Below are positions 26,086-35,758 of a stretch of DNA of 64,000 nt, in pieces. Origin of the DNA: a bacterium (GTDB lineage Bacteria > Orphanbacterota > Orphanbacteria > Orphanbacterales > Orphanbacteraceae). The notes under the pieces were generated by a model. It ran no database searches. It was not told the DNA's origin and was given only the letters and a program-made list of their open reading frames with translations. The first letter of the stretch is position 1. The number at the start of each line of letters is the position of its first letter. Both the position numbers and the translations under genes were made by a program. Location of the stretch: contig JALGYY010000035.1 of the NCBI GenBank assembly GCA_025782575.1, positions 20,670-84,669 on the forward strand, given 5' to 3'.

Positions 26086-26119
26086 ATCCGGCAATTGCCG
26101 ATCCGGAAAGGACTAGAAA

Positions 26120-26896
26120 GTGGATCTGGGAACCGTTATCGGCATTGTCGCCGGCTCGGCTCTTCTTATCGGTTCCATTCTCATGGGGGGGAGTCTCGGC
26201 GCCTTCATCAACGTCCCCTCGCTCCTGATCGTGATCGGGGGAAGCATGGCCGCTACCCTGATCAATTACCCTCTCCCGGACTTCTTGGGGGTTATGAAGG
26301 TGGTCAAGAACGCCTTCATGAACAAATCGGTCAGCGCCGAAGATACGATCCGCACTCTCACCGGCTTCGCAGAAACCGCCAGGCGGGAAGGCCTTCTCGC
26401 CCTCGAAGAACAGCTGAAATCCGTGGAGGACAAGTTTCTCCGGGGAGGAATGGAATTGGCCATCGACGGAATGGACCTCGAACGGATCGACGGTCTTCTA
26501 TCGATGGAAATCTCTCTGCTCGGTGACCGTCACAAGCGGGGCCAGGACATGTTCAAGCAGATGGCGAAATACGCCCCCGCATTCGGCATGATGGGCACTC
26601 TTATCGGTCTGATTCAGATGCTCAAAAATGTGAACGATCCCTCCAGCATCGGTCCTGGTATGGCCGTCGCTCTTCTGACGACCTTTTACGGTACTTTGAT
26701 GGCCAACCTGATCTGTCTTCCCCTTGCGGGGAAGCTGGAGACGATTTCAGAGAACGAGAAACTCGTCAAAGAACTGACCCTCGAGGGAATCAAAGCGATT
26801 CAGTCGGGCGACAACCCGAAGCTCGTCGAGAAGAAGCTCATGACCTTCTTGCCACCGGCGATCCGAGAGGGAGTCGAGAGCGAGAAAGCAGCGTAA
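26120..26896 (+). CDS. motA: Flagellar motor stator protein MotA
   Basis: MotA/TolQ/ExbB topology. 'PAFGMMGTLIGLIQML' and 'GPGMAVALLTTFYGTLMAN' are channel helices. Confidence 0.88.
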   Translation: MDLGTVIGIVAGSALLIGSILMGGSLGAFINVPSLLIVIGGSMAATLINYPLPDFLGVMKVVKNAFMNKSVSAEDTIRTLTGFAETARREGLLALEEQLKSVEDKFLRGGMELAIDGMDLERIDGLLSMEISLLGDRHKRGQDMFKQMAKYAPAFGMMGTLIGLIQMLKNVNDPSSIGPGMAVALLTTFYGTLMANLICLPLAGKLETISENEKLVKELTLEGIKAIQSGDNPKLVEKKLMTFLPPAIREGVESEKAA

Positions 26897-27643
26897 GTGG
26901 CGAAGGAAAAGCGGGAGGTAATACAGGAAGAAAACGCTTCCTGGCTCGCGACATTCGGTGATCTCGCCACACTGCTATTCACGTTCTATTGCCTGATCTA
27001 CGCATCCTGCACTTATCGGCCCGGGGATTGGGAGACAGCCAAGAGCGCCGCCCTCGAGAAGATGCTCTCCGTGCTTGCCGGCGGTTCGAAGATGAGTCTC
27101 GTGGAAGGTCAGGGAGACGGCCCGATGACCGGCCAAAACGGGGTGATCCCGCTGTTCGCCTCCGGATCGGAGATGGCGGAGGAAGAGCGTAGCCGGATGT
27201 CCGATCGGATCGAAGAGGCGAGCGCCCTCATGCCGGAAAAGGGGGGCATCGAATTGGAGGGAACCGAAAGCGGCATCGTGTTTCGGATCGGAGACGCCAT
27301 CGTGTTTCCATCGGGGAGCGTCACGCCGGCGCCGAGAACGATGCCCTTCCTCGCGGCGGTGGCAGCGCTGATCCGTGTCAGACCGGCTGAAGTGACCGTC
27401 GTCGGTCATACCTGTGACCTCCCCACATACAGCTTGCGCTACCCGTCCAACTGGGAGTTATCCGGATTCCGGGCGGCTGCAGTCGCGCGAGAACTCATCC
27501 GAGAGGGGCTCGGAGATTCCAGTCTTAAGATCCGAGCCGCCGGTGAGCATTATAGCCGAGTGCCGAACCTCGATGAGGAGAGCCGCAGGCTGAACAGGCG
27601 AGTCGAGATCCGAGTCGATTTCCCCGAACTTATCGGAGAGTAG
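26897..27643 (+). CDS. motB: Flagellar motor stator protein MotB (OmpA-like)
   Basis: GTG start. TM 'WLATFGDLATLLFTFY' with the conserved Asp. C-terminal OmpA/MotB peptidoglycan-binding domain 'NWELSGFRAAAVAREL...LNRRVEIRV'. Confidence 0.8.
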   Translation: MAKEKREVIQEENASWLATFGDLATLLFTFYCLIYASCTYRPGDWETAKSAALEKMLSVLAGGSKMSLVEGQGDGPMTGQNGVIPLFASGSEMAEEERSRMSDRIEEASALMPEKGGIELEGTESGIVFRIGDAIVFPSGSVTPAPRTMPFLAAVAALIRVRPAEVTVVGHTCDLPTYSLRYPSNWELSGFRAAAVARELIREGLGDSSLKIRAAGEHYSRVPNLDEESRRLNRRVEIRVDFPELIGE

Positions 27644-27645
27644 AC

Positions 27646-28371
27646 ATGGCGGGCAAGAAGCTGAAGCCGCTAATTATCCCGGCAGATGAGTCATTCGAAA
27701 TGACTTATATTGCGCTCATGCTCCTCCTGCTTTGCTTCATGGTCATCATGGTCTCACTCGCCCAGATCGATGATCCCCGATTCAAAGAGGCTATCGGTTC
27801 CGTTCGAGGCGCGTTCTCCTTTCTTTCCAACAAACAGGAAAGCAGCATGATCGCGAGTGGAGGCCCGGGTGTCCTGTACCACATGAAGGGTGAGGAATCC
27901 AAAAAGCATAGAGTAGAGAGGCTGAGGGAGACTCTGGAGGCGAAGCTGGGTGACGACTTTAAGAGCCTCGTCAGGATCGAGGAGACCGAGCACGGCATCC
28001 AGGTAACACTCGGCGGCCTGATTCTCTTCGACCCGGGCGCAGCGAATACGCGGACGAATGCAGCTCCGGTTCTCGATGAAATCGCCGCCATCGCCCAGGA
28101 ATGGACCGCTCGTGTGATCGTCAGCGGCCACACCGATGACCTCCCGATCCGAAGTCCTGTCTATGCGTCGAACTGGGAACTGTCGGTCAGCCGTGCGGCG
28201 ACCGTCGTCCGGTATCTCGAAAACAAGGGTGTGCCGGGTACCGACCTTACCGCTCTAGGATTGGCCCATACAAGACCACTGGTTCCCAACAATTCAATTG
28301 TCCACCGACTATTGAATCGACGTGTGGAGATCTCTATTGAGTACGATGATCCCTCGTCCGATCTGTTGTAG
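27646..28371 (+). CDS. Second MotB-like OmpA-domain protein lacking the conserved TM aspartate
   Basis: TM 'EMTYIALMLLLLCF' has Asp replaced by Ala. C-terminal OmpA-like 'NWELSVSRAATVVRYL...LNRRVEISIEY'. Confidence 0.65.
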   Translation: MAGKKLKPLIIPADESFEMTYIALMLLLLCFMVIMVSLAQIDDPRFKEAIGSVRGAFSFLSNKQESSMIASGGPGVLYHMKGEESKKHRVERLRETLEAKLGDDFKSLVRIEETEHGIQVTLGGLILFDPGAANTRTNAAPVLDEIAAIAQEWTARVIVSGHTDDLPIRSPVYASNWELSVSRAATVVRYLENKGVPGTDLTALGLAHTRPLVPNNSIVHRLLNRRVEISIEYDDPSSDLL

Positions 28372-28400
28372 AGAGGAATGACTACCGGGAGAAGCGTCAT

Positions 28401-29273
28401 ATGCTGACAAAGATCGAGATCAATTCGAAAGACTTTCTTCATGGTCATTGTTCCTTGCCTCCTCTGCCTGAGGTGGTCGGCAAGGTTCAGTCGATGATCA
28501 ATGACGATAACGTAGAAATCACAAAAGTAGCCGACGTTATCAGTTCAGATCCGGCCATGCTCGCCCAGGTTCTCAAAGTGGTGAATTCCGCTTACTATGG
28601 CCTGCCGCGGGAGATCACAAAGGCGCGCTACGCGATCACGTTTCTAGGCTACAATGAAATCTATCGAATGGTCCTCTCCCTCTCGGTAATCAAGACGATC
28701 GGAGTCAAGGACAAGAAAGCAATCTCCGACTACTGGCGCCATTCGTTCTACACGGCGATCTGCGCTCGCCACCTGGCGGTTGTACACGCCCCGACACTCT
28801 CGCTCGAGGAGTTATGGTCGGCTGCAATCCTCCACGATATCGGCAAGCTTGTTTACCTGAAGTTCTTCCCCGAGCACTACGAAGAGATCTCTAAGCTCGC
28901 GGAGAAGGACGGGCTCCTCTTCAGCGATGCCGAGTCCGCGCTTGAACAGCCCCCGAGCTCCGAGATGGGCTCTTTACTCTGCGGGAACTGGCGACTGCCC
29001 GATACCATACGGGTAGCGTGTGAATGCCATTCTCTTCAGTCCCTGAAGGATCTCAAATCAACTGATGACGATTATGACTTCAAGCGAATGATCTGCCTCG
29101 CCAATCTTCTGGCAGCCCTCTCAGCCAGTCCGCTTTCCGTAGAAAGCCGTGAACTTGTCTATGATGCTGTGTCTGGGGCTCTGGCGCTCGACGAAACCGA
29201 ATTCCTTCTGCTGATGGCGGATATCCGCGATCTGCAGACCGAAGTGGACGGTTTCATGGCCCAATTTTCCTGA
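28401..29273 (+). CDS. HDOD domain signalling protein
   Basis: 'LPPLPEVVGKVQSMINDDNVEITKVADVISSDPAMLAQVLKVVNSAYYGL' and 'AAILHDIGKLV' match HDOD (HD-related output domain). Confidence 0.8.
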   Translation: MLTKIEINSKDFLHGHCSLPPLPEVVGKVQSMINDDNVEITKVADVISSDPAMLAQVLKVVNSAYYGLPREITKARYAITFLGYNEIYRMVLSLSVIKTIGVKDKKAISDYWRHSFYTAICARHLAVVHAPTLSLEELWSAAILHDIGKLVYLKFFPEHYEEISKLAEKDGLLFSDAESALEQPPSSEMGSLLCGNWRLPDTIRVACECHSLQSLKDLKSTDDDYDFKRMICLANLLAALSASPLSVESRELVYDAVSGALALDETEFLLLMADIRDLQTEVDGFMAQFS

Positions 29274-29403
29274 GACCCACTCTGCCTGAAACTGAAGATA
29301 CGATGATACGGAGGGCCGGTAGGTAGGCTTTGATTCCGGGTAATTCGTATTCCGCGCGACAACCAACTCGACGAAATTACCGCCGTCTATCTGAGTACTT
29401 AGG

Positions 29404-29994
29404 CTAAATCAATTCGTCGAATAGAGTCTGAGAAGAGTCGTCTGAATAGGGGCTTTCTACCGAGGCAGGTCCGGAAAATTTTCCCTCCCCATGATCGGCA
29501 CCCGTCTCCGGAACCGTCTCCTGGTCCGCATTCGTCGCTTCAGCCTCACGGGTCAGCTCCGCGCGCGCCTCGGATTCCAGGCTGGCGGCTTCAGCAGCCG
29601 CACGACGATCAGCAGTGGATGGGTCAGCCGGGGCCAGCGCGGCTCCTCTGATCGTCTGTGCCTTCTTGATCGTCTCCCGGGGGGTACTCGCCTCACTCAG
29701 ATCGATGGGAACTTCACCACCTACGGCATATCTCTTCCCGTCGGGCCCCGTCGTGTAGTCGAAACTGGCGGGCCCTGTCCTGTAAGGGCCGAGCGCGCTC
29801 AAGTGAGCCTGTTCGTGGGATTTGACCTGCTGATCTCTCTTGCGGAGCTCCACCACCTCCCGCTTTTCCTCGGGAGAAAGTTCCTGGGTTCCCTTTGCCG
29901 CCGTTTCGGGATGCTGCTCGCGCTCTCTCGATTGAACGGTCGGAGTGTACGGAACGGGCGTGGCGGTAGTGGATGAGATAGGACCAACTGACAC
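29404..29994 (-). CDS. SprA-related family putative metalloprotease (HExxH)
   Basis: 'ELRKRDQQVKSHEQAHLSALGPYRTGPASFDYTTGPDGKRYAVGGEVPIDLS...TIKKAQTIRGAALAPADPSTADRRAAAEA' matches the PF12118-type conserved core. Confidence 0.6.
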   Translation of the reverse strand: MSVGPISSTTATPVPYTPTVQSREREQHPETAAKGTQELSPEEKREVVELRKRDQQVKSHEQAHLSALGPYRTGPASFDYTTGPDGKRYAVGGEVPIDLSEASTPRETIKKAQTIRGAALAPADPSTADRRAAAEAASLESEARAELTREAEATNADQETVPETGADHGEGKFSGPASVESPYSDDSSQTLFDELI

Positions 29995-30195
29995 TGAACA
30001 CCTCCGGGATAATGCCTATTCTATCCAATCGTTGATTTCCCGTAAAACTTGAGGGCCGGCGAGCGTTTTCTTTACGCTTTTCACAATGGTACCGGAAGGA
30101 CTCCAGCGGAATGGGAGGGCCTGAATGGGAATCCGAAGGACCGGTGTGGCTTCTGGTAGTTCACAGAGGCCCGGATCACACATGGGGAAAGTTCG

Positions 30196-30268
30196 TGAGC
30201 CGTGCAGGGATCGAACCTGCGACAGCCTGCTTAAAAGGCAGGTGCTCTACCGACTGAGCTAACGGCCC
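30196..30268 (-). tRNA. tRNA-Lys (anticodon UUU)
   Basis: Reverse complement is GGGCCGTTAGCTCAGTCGGTAGAGCACCTGCCTTTTAAGCAGG...GGTTCGATCCCTGCACGGCTCA. Cloverleaf with anticodon loop CUUUUAA. Confidence 0.85.
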
Positions 30269-30312
30269 TACGAATGGACTCTATTTTATGACCGGGTACG
30301 GTATAACGCAAC

Positions 30313-31608
30313 TCACGATTGTGGTTTTTGCGGAAGAACCTCGCAGCGGATCGTAGCCGAACGCTCCGGACCGATCGAAATGAGCCTGATCGGAGTTTTC
30401 AGTTGATCCGCGACGCCCTGTACATAGCGCCTCGCTTCTTCCGGGAGCTTCTCGAAAGATGTAATCCCATCGAGACTCCGGCTCCACCCAGGCCAGATCT
30501 CGTAGACCGGCTCGACACGGTCAAGATCGTTAGGAAGATGGGGAAGATGATCGAGCGGTTCGCCGTCCAGCTCGTAACCGGTCGCCACCGGGATCTCATC
30601 ACGGCCGGTCAGCACATCCAGCTTCGTGAGAGCGATTTTGCTCAGCCCGTTCCAGAGAACGGACGACCGAAGAAGGGGTAGATCAAGCCAGCCACATCGA
30701 CGAGGCCTTCCTGTGGTCGTACCGAATTCGCGGCCCCGCTCCCGGAGCCATTCACCGTCCTCCCCTTCTAATTCAGTGGGAAACGGACCGTTTCCTACCC
30801 GCGTCGTATACGCCTTGGCGACGCCCACCACCGAATCGATCCGGAGAGGGCCGATTCCGATACCCGTACAGGCCGAGCCGGCGAGGGTACTGGATGAAGT
30901 CACGAAGGGGTAGGTCCCTCCATAGATATCCAGGTGCGTCCCTTGCGCCCCTTCAAGAAGCACGTTTTCGCCGGCCAGGATCGCCTCGTTCACCTCTTTC
31001 GCACAATCTCCGAGCAGGGGACCGATGATCTCCGCCCAGCGACGCCACTCTTTCAGCGTTACGGCCCACTCGAGCCCCCGCTCTCCTGCCTGAGCCAGCT
31101 TTCTTATCCCCTGATCATGGGCTGCCTTCAGCCGTTCTTCTCCATTCTTGTCGAGCAGGGCGGACAGGAGAAGCGTGGTTCGTGCGGTCCGATCCTCATA
31201 CGCCGGCCCGATGCCTCTCCCCGTGGTTCCAAGAGCGGCGTTCGGCCTTCTACTCTCCTCCAGATTGTCTCGCGCCACATGATGGGGCAGGACAAATGCG
31301 GCGCGGGGACTGATGATGAGCCTCGAACGGATGTCGATGCCCCGCTCTTCCAGTCCCTCGATCTCCAGGATCAGCTGATCCGGATCGATCACCATTCCCC
31401 AGCCCAGGCCGCATCGGACTCCCGGCCTCACGGCGCCGGAAGGGAGGAGGTGAAGGGCAAACTCCTCCTTCGCTGTCTTCACGGTGTGACCGGCGTTCGC
31501 CCCCCCCTGGAACCGCACGGTCCAGGTAGCATCTCCGGCAAGAAGGTCGATGACCTTTCCCTTACCCTCGTCACCCCACTGCGTACCGAGAACGATACTG
31601 GTGGACAT
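30313..31608 (-). CDS. purA: Adenylosuccinate synthetase
   Basis: 'LGTQWGDEGKGKVID...GGANAGHTV' P-loop. Full-length, 431 aa. Confidence 0.92.
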   Translation of the reverse strand: MSTSIVLGTQWGDEGKGKVIDLLAGDATWTVRFQGGANAGHTVKTAKEEFALHLLPSGAVRPGVRCGLGWGMVIDPDQLILEIEGLEERGIDIRSRLIISPRAAFVLPHHVARDNLEESRRPNAALGTTGRGIGPAYEDRTARTTLLLSALLDKNGEERLKAAHDQGIRKLAQAGERGLEWAVTLKEWRRWAEIIGPLLGDCAKEVNEAILAGENVLLEGAQGTHLDIYGGTYPFVTSSSTLAGSACTGIGIGPLRIDSVVGVAKAYTTRVGNGPFPTELEGEDGEWLRERGREFGTTTGRPRRCGWLDLPLLRSSVLWNGLSKIALTKLDVLTGRDEIPVATGYELDGEPLDHLPHLPNDLDRVEPVYEIWPGWSRSLDGITSFEKLPEEARRYVQGVADQLKTPIRLISIGPERSATIRCEVLPQKPQS

Positions 31609-31610
31609 CC

Positions 31611-32738
31611 CTATTCTCCACTCTCTTGAGCGGCGGCCACGCCCGCCCCACGGGGGAAGGTGTGGCCCAACTCGGCGAGTACTGATTCGAGTGCTCCAAG
31701 TACGGCCAGAATATCAACATGATCGTAGTAGCCCATGTGGCCGATTCGGAAGATCTTCCCCTTGAGCTCCGCCTGTCCGCCGGCAACCCGGATACCGTGT
31801 CGCTCGGCGAGGAGGGATCGGATCTTCTCGGCATCGATTCCCTTCGGGCCCAGGATCGCCGTAAGTCCGTTGGAGGGGTGCTTGCTGAAGAGCTCGAGTC
31901 CAATCGCTTGGACACCGGCCCGCGTAGCTCGGCCGAGCCCGGCATGGCGCTCGACAATCGCCTCGATCCCCTCTTCACGGATCCGCCTGAGCGATACCGC
32001 CATCGCGACAAAGAGAGGAACGGCCGGCGTGTAGGGTGTGAGGTCCTTCGCCTGTGATTCCCGCGCTTTCTGGGCCGAGAAGTAGTACTTGGGAAGATCA
32101 GACCTCTCCGCAGCTTCCCATGCGCGATCTGAGAATGAAAGAAACGCCAGGCCGGGGGGGCACATGAACGCCTTCTGCGAGCCGCTGACAACAGCATCGA
32201 GACCCCAGTCATCCGGCTTCAGATCGTGAACACCGAGCGAGGTAATTGCGTCGACAACGATCAGCGGATCGAGATCACTTACTTCACTTACAATGCGACG
32301 CACATCTTGAATGGTCCCGGTAGAGGTCTCACTATGGGTCAGGAAGAGTCCGCGGACATTCCCCTGATCACCCAGCCACTGCCTGAGTACCGCCGGATCC
32401 GGCGCATCGCCCCACTCCACATCGTACACGCGAACATCCAGCCCATATACCAGACCGATGTCCCGCCAGCGCTCCCCGAATTTACCGGCAACGACAACCG
32501 CTACGGTGTCTCCGCAGGAGAACAGGTTGGCTACGGTCATCTCCATCGCCCCTGATCCTGAAGCGGTCAGGATCAGCGGCTCCTGGGCTGTCTGAAAAGT
32601 GTATGTCAGGTTGTCGGTCACTTCTCGGAAGAGAGCCTTGAACTCATCCGTCCTGTGATGAAGGGGGGCCTCACCGAGGGCGGTCAAGACGTCGTGGGGC
32701 ACCTCGGTCGGTCCGGGGGTGTACAGGCGGTTCTTCAT
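31611..32738 (-). CDS. Class V aminotransferase (serine-pyruvate / alanine-glyoxylate type)
   Basis: 'LYTPGPTEVPHDVL' N-terminus. 'SGSQKAFMCPPGLAFLS' PLP-lysine region. 375 aa. Confidence 0.8.
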   Translation of the reverse strand: MKNRLYTPGPTEVPHDVLTALGEAPLHHRTDEFKALFREVTDNLTYTFQTAQEPLILTASGSGAMEMTVANLFSCGDTVAVVVAGKFGERWRDIGLVYGLDVRVYDVEWGDAPDPAVLRQWLGDQGNVRGLFLTHSETSTGTIQDVRRIVSEVSDLDPLIVVDAITSLGVHDLKPDDWGLDAVVSGSQKAFMCPPGLAFLSFSDRAWEAAERSDLPKYYFSAQKARESQAKDLTPYTPAVPLFVAMAVSLRRIREEGIEAIVERHAGLGRATRAGVQAIGLELFSKHPSNGLTAILGPKGIDAEKIRSLLAERHGIRVAGGQAELKGKIFRIGHMGYYDHVDILAVLGALESVLAELGHTFPRGAGVAAAQESGE

Positions 32739-32741
32739 AGG

Positions 32742-33323
32742 TCAGGCTTTCCCCTGGGTCTCGATCCAGCGTATGAGTTCCTTCTTCCCGTCACCAGTCT
32801 TAGCTGAAAACGGGAGCACGGAAAAGCTGTCCAGTTCGAGGACGGATTGGATCTTATGGAGGGACCGGGCGACCTTGCCCCGGCCGAGCTTATCTGATTT
32901 GGTTGCCACCGCGAGAACCTTTATCCCTCGCCGAACGAGCCACCGGCTCATGATGATGTCCAGCTCAGACGGATCATGACGAATATCCAGAATGTGAACA
33001 CCGGCAACGAGCGATTCCCGGCGGGTGAGATAGCCCTCGATCAATCCCTTCCAGGTACGACGTACCGAATCCGGAACCTTGGCGTACCCATATCCGGGAA
33101 GGTCGACAATTATATAATTCTTGGCGTTATAGAAATTAAGAGCCTGCGTCCGACCGGGCGTTTTACTCGTTCTCGCGAGCCCCTCTCGCCCGGCAACGCA
33201 ATTCAAGAGAGACGATTTTCCCACGTTGGAACGGCCAAGAAGCGCAATCTCAGGCCGTAACGGGCTGGGCAATCCGCTCAGCTTGACAACGGACAGATCA
33301 AATGTAAGAGCGAGTGGTTTCAA
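32742..33323 (-). CDS. engB: Ribosome biogenesis GTP-binding protein YihA/EngB
   Basis: G1 'GRSNVGKSSL'. G3 'DLPGYGYA'. G4 'ATKSDK'. Conserved position upstream of lon. Confidence 0.85.
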   Translation of the reverse strand: MKPLALTFDLSVVKLSGLPSPLRPEIALLGRSNVGKSSLLNCVAGREGLARTSKTPGRTQALNFYNAKNYIIVDLPGYGYAKVPDSVRRTWKGLIEGYLTRRESLVAGVHILDIRHDPSELDIIMSRWLVRRGIKVLAVATKSDKLGRGKVARSLHKIQSVLELDSFSVLPFSAKTGDGKKELIRWIETQGKA

Positions 33324-33336
33324 GTGTTCGGAATTT

Positions 33337-35751
33337 CTAGTGGGTGTAGTAACCGGTCGCCTGAGACCGCGCCCCCCCCCTCGCCAGGAGAGGGATCGAT
33401 TTTTTTGCCTGCTCGACCATCACGAGTGGGAGGACCTGATCCATCCGCTCCACCGTATAAATCGTAAGACCTTTCTTTGCCTCTTCCGGTATCTCGACGA
33501 GGTCCTTCTCGTTTTCTTTCGGGAGAATGACCGTCCGCACACCCGCTCTTAGAGCGGCGACCAGCTTCTCGTTCAAGCCGCCGATAGGGAGGACGTGTCC
33601 CCGAAGAGTAATTTCACCCGTTAGCGCCGTGTCCCGCCTGAGGGCGATGCCGGTAAGTGATGATATGAGAGCGGCCGCGATCGAGATCCCGGCGGACGGA
33701 CCGTCCTTGGGTATTGCTCCTTCCGGGATGTGTACATGGAGATCGATCGTCTCGTAAAAATTCTTGTCCAAACCGAGCGCTTCCGCTCGCGACCGGATGT
33801 AGGTCAACGCCGCCCGCGCCGATTCCCGCATGACATCACCGAGAGTACCGGTAAGAATGAGATTCCCCTTCCCGGGAATTGTCGAGACCTCAATATGAAG
33901 CGTTTCCCCCCCCGTTGACGTCCAGGCCAGGCCGGTCGCCACACCGATCCAGTTTTTCTTATCCACCCGCTTCGTCGAGAACCGAGGAACCCCGAGAAAA
34001 TCGTCCAGATTCCGGCCGTTTACAGAAATCTTCTTTCTCTTCTTGCTCCCGACGACCTTGCGGGCCACTTTTCTGCAGACCCGGGCGATTTCCCGTTCGA
34101 GATTACGAACACCCGCCTCTCTCGTGTAGCCGCGAATGATCGAGCGCAGTGCTTCATTGGTAACTGTAATATCTCTCTTCGAGAGACCGTGCTCTTCCAC
34201 CTGGTGGGGAACCAGAAACCCCTTGGCGATTTCAACTTTCTCAGGTTCCAGATATCCGGGAAGTCTGATGAGTTCCATCCGGTCGAGGAGGGGGGGAGGA
34301 ATACCGTGCAGCGTATTCGCCGTGGTCAGGAACATGACGCGCGAAAGATCGCATTCCACTTCCAGGTAGTGATCACTGAACGTGTGGTTCTGCTCGGGAT
34401 CAAGTACTTCCAATAAGGCAGACGCCGGATCGCCGTGGAAGTCCTTGCTCATTTTGTCCACTTCGTCGAGCAAGAAAACGGGGTTCATGGTGCCCGCTTT
34501 CTTGAGTGACTGAATAATACGACCTGGAAGCGCACCGATGTAAGTCCGCCTGTGACCTCTGATCTCCGCCTCATCCCTCACTCCGCCGAGTGAAACACGA
34601 ATAAACTCGCGGCCGAGGGCTCGGGCGATCGACTTCCCCAGCGATGTTTTTCCAACACCCGGCGGTCCGACGAAGCAGAGGATCGGCCCGCGGATCTTAC
34701 GCGCCAGTTGAATGACAGCGACATATTCGACAATTCGCTGTTTCACTTTTTCGAGTCCAAAATGATCCTCATCAAGAATGCGCATCACATCGTTCAGGTC
34801 GCCCGTATCATCGGACTCCACTCCCCATGGCACGTTAAGAAGCCAATCGATGTAGTTCCTCGCCACGGTCGCCTCCGGTGAGAGGGGGGGCATCTTCCCC
34901 AGCTTCTCGATCTCCTTCAACGCCTTGTCAGCTACCAGATCAGGCATATTCGATTCGGCCACCGCCTCGGCCAGTTCGCCGACTTCGGAGCCCCCTTCCG
35001 TCCCGGCACCCAGTTCCTTCCTGATCGCCTTCAACTGCTCGTTCAGGTAGAACTCTTTCTGATTCTTCTGAACCTGGGAGCGGACCTCGCCTTCGATTTT
35101 CTTTTCGATGCGAAGTATTTCGAGTTCGTTGGAGAGGATTCGAGATAGCTCCTGAAAGCGGGCTTTGGTCGTCCCCTTGTCGAGCACACTCTGTTTGGTT
35201 GCCAGCGAAACCGACAGATGAGCCCCGATCATCTCTACCAGGTGATCCCGGTCGGTCACATTACCGATCGAGATCAGGATCTCCTCGGGAATCTTCTTGT
35301 GGAGCTTGACGTACTCTTCAAACTGTCCTTCCACGGAGCGGACAAGAGCTGACAGCTCGGAACCGGCCCTGGAAGCTTTTCCGTAACCGGAAATACCGAC
35401 CGTCACGTGGGGCTGCGTCTTGACATACTCGCCGAGTTCTACGCGCCCGAGGCCCTCGACCAGAACCTTGATCGTGTTGTCGGGGAGGCGTAGGAGCTGA
35501 AGCACACGAACCACTGTGCCCACACTATGGAGATCTTTCCGCTTGGGCTCGGCGATCTCCGCGCGCCTCTGTGCGGCCACGACAAGCAGGCGATCCTTGT
35601 CAACTGCGGCTGTGAGAGCCGCAACCGATTTCGGCCGCCCCACAAGAAGCGGAATGATCATATAGGGAAACACGACGACGTCCCGGAGAGGGAGCAGTGC
35701 TAATTCCTCCGGGACCCGAATGGTCTCATCTTCGCGCCGAATCTTGATCAT
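33337..35751 (-). CDS. lon: ATP-dependent Lon protease
   Basis: N-terminal LON domain. Walker A 'GPPGVGKTS'. C-terminal Ser-Lys protease 'DGPSAGISIAAALIS'. 804 aa. Confidence 0.93.
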   Translation of the reverse strand: MIKIRREDETIRVPEELALLPLRDVVVFPYMIIPLLVGRPKSVAALTAAVDKDRLLVVAAQRRAEIAEPKRKDLHSVGTVVRVLQLLRLPDNTIKVLVEGLGRVELGEYVKTQPHVTVGISGYGKASRAGSELSALVRSVEGQFEEYVKLHKKIPEEILISIGNVTDRDHLVEMIGAHLSVSLATKQSVLDKGTTKARFQELSRILSNELEILRIEKKIEGEVRSQVQKNQKEFYLNEQLKAIRKELGAGTEGGSEVGELAEAVAESNMPDLVADKALKEIEKLGKMPPLSPEATVARNYIDWLLNVPWGVESDDTGDLNDVMRILDEDHFGLEKVKQRIVEYVAVIQLARKIRGPILCFVGPPGVGKTSLGKSIARALGREFIRVSLGGVRDEAEIRGHRRTYIGALPGRIIQSLKKAGTMNPVFLLDEVDKMSKDFHGDPASALLEVLDPEQNHTFSDHYLEVECDLSRVMFLTTANTLHGIPPPLLDRMELIRLPGYLEPEKVEIAKGFLVPHQVEEHGLSKRDITVTNEALRSIIRGYTREAGVRNLEREIARVCRKVARKVVGSKKRKKISVNGRNLDDFLGVPRFSTKRVDKKNWIGVATGLAWTSTGGETLHIEVSTIPGKGNLILTGTLGDVMRESARAALTYIRSRAEALGLDKNFYETIDLHVHIPEGAIPKDGPSAGISIAAALISSLTGIALRRDTALTGEITLRGHVLPIGGLNEKLVAALRAGVRTVILPKENEKDLVEIPEEAKKGLTIYTVERMDQVLPLVMVEQAKKSIPLLARGGARSQATGYYTH

Positions 35752-35758
35752 GTGATGC

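Noticed and set aside
33361-33380. C9 tract (G9 on the coding strand) near the 3' end of lon
   Set aside because: It encodes Gly residues in the non-conserved C-terminal tail. Slippage would only alter the last ~10 aa of an essential protease, so this is most likely incidental GC-rich homopolymer.
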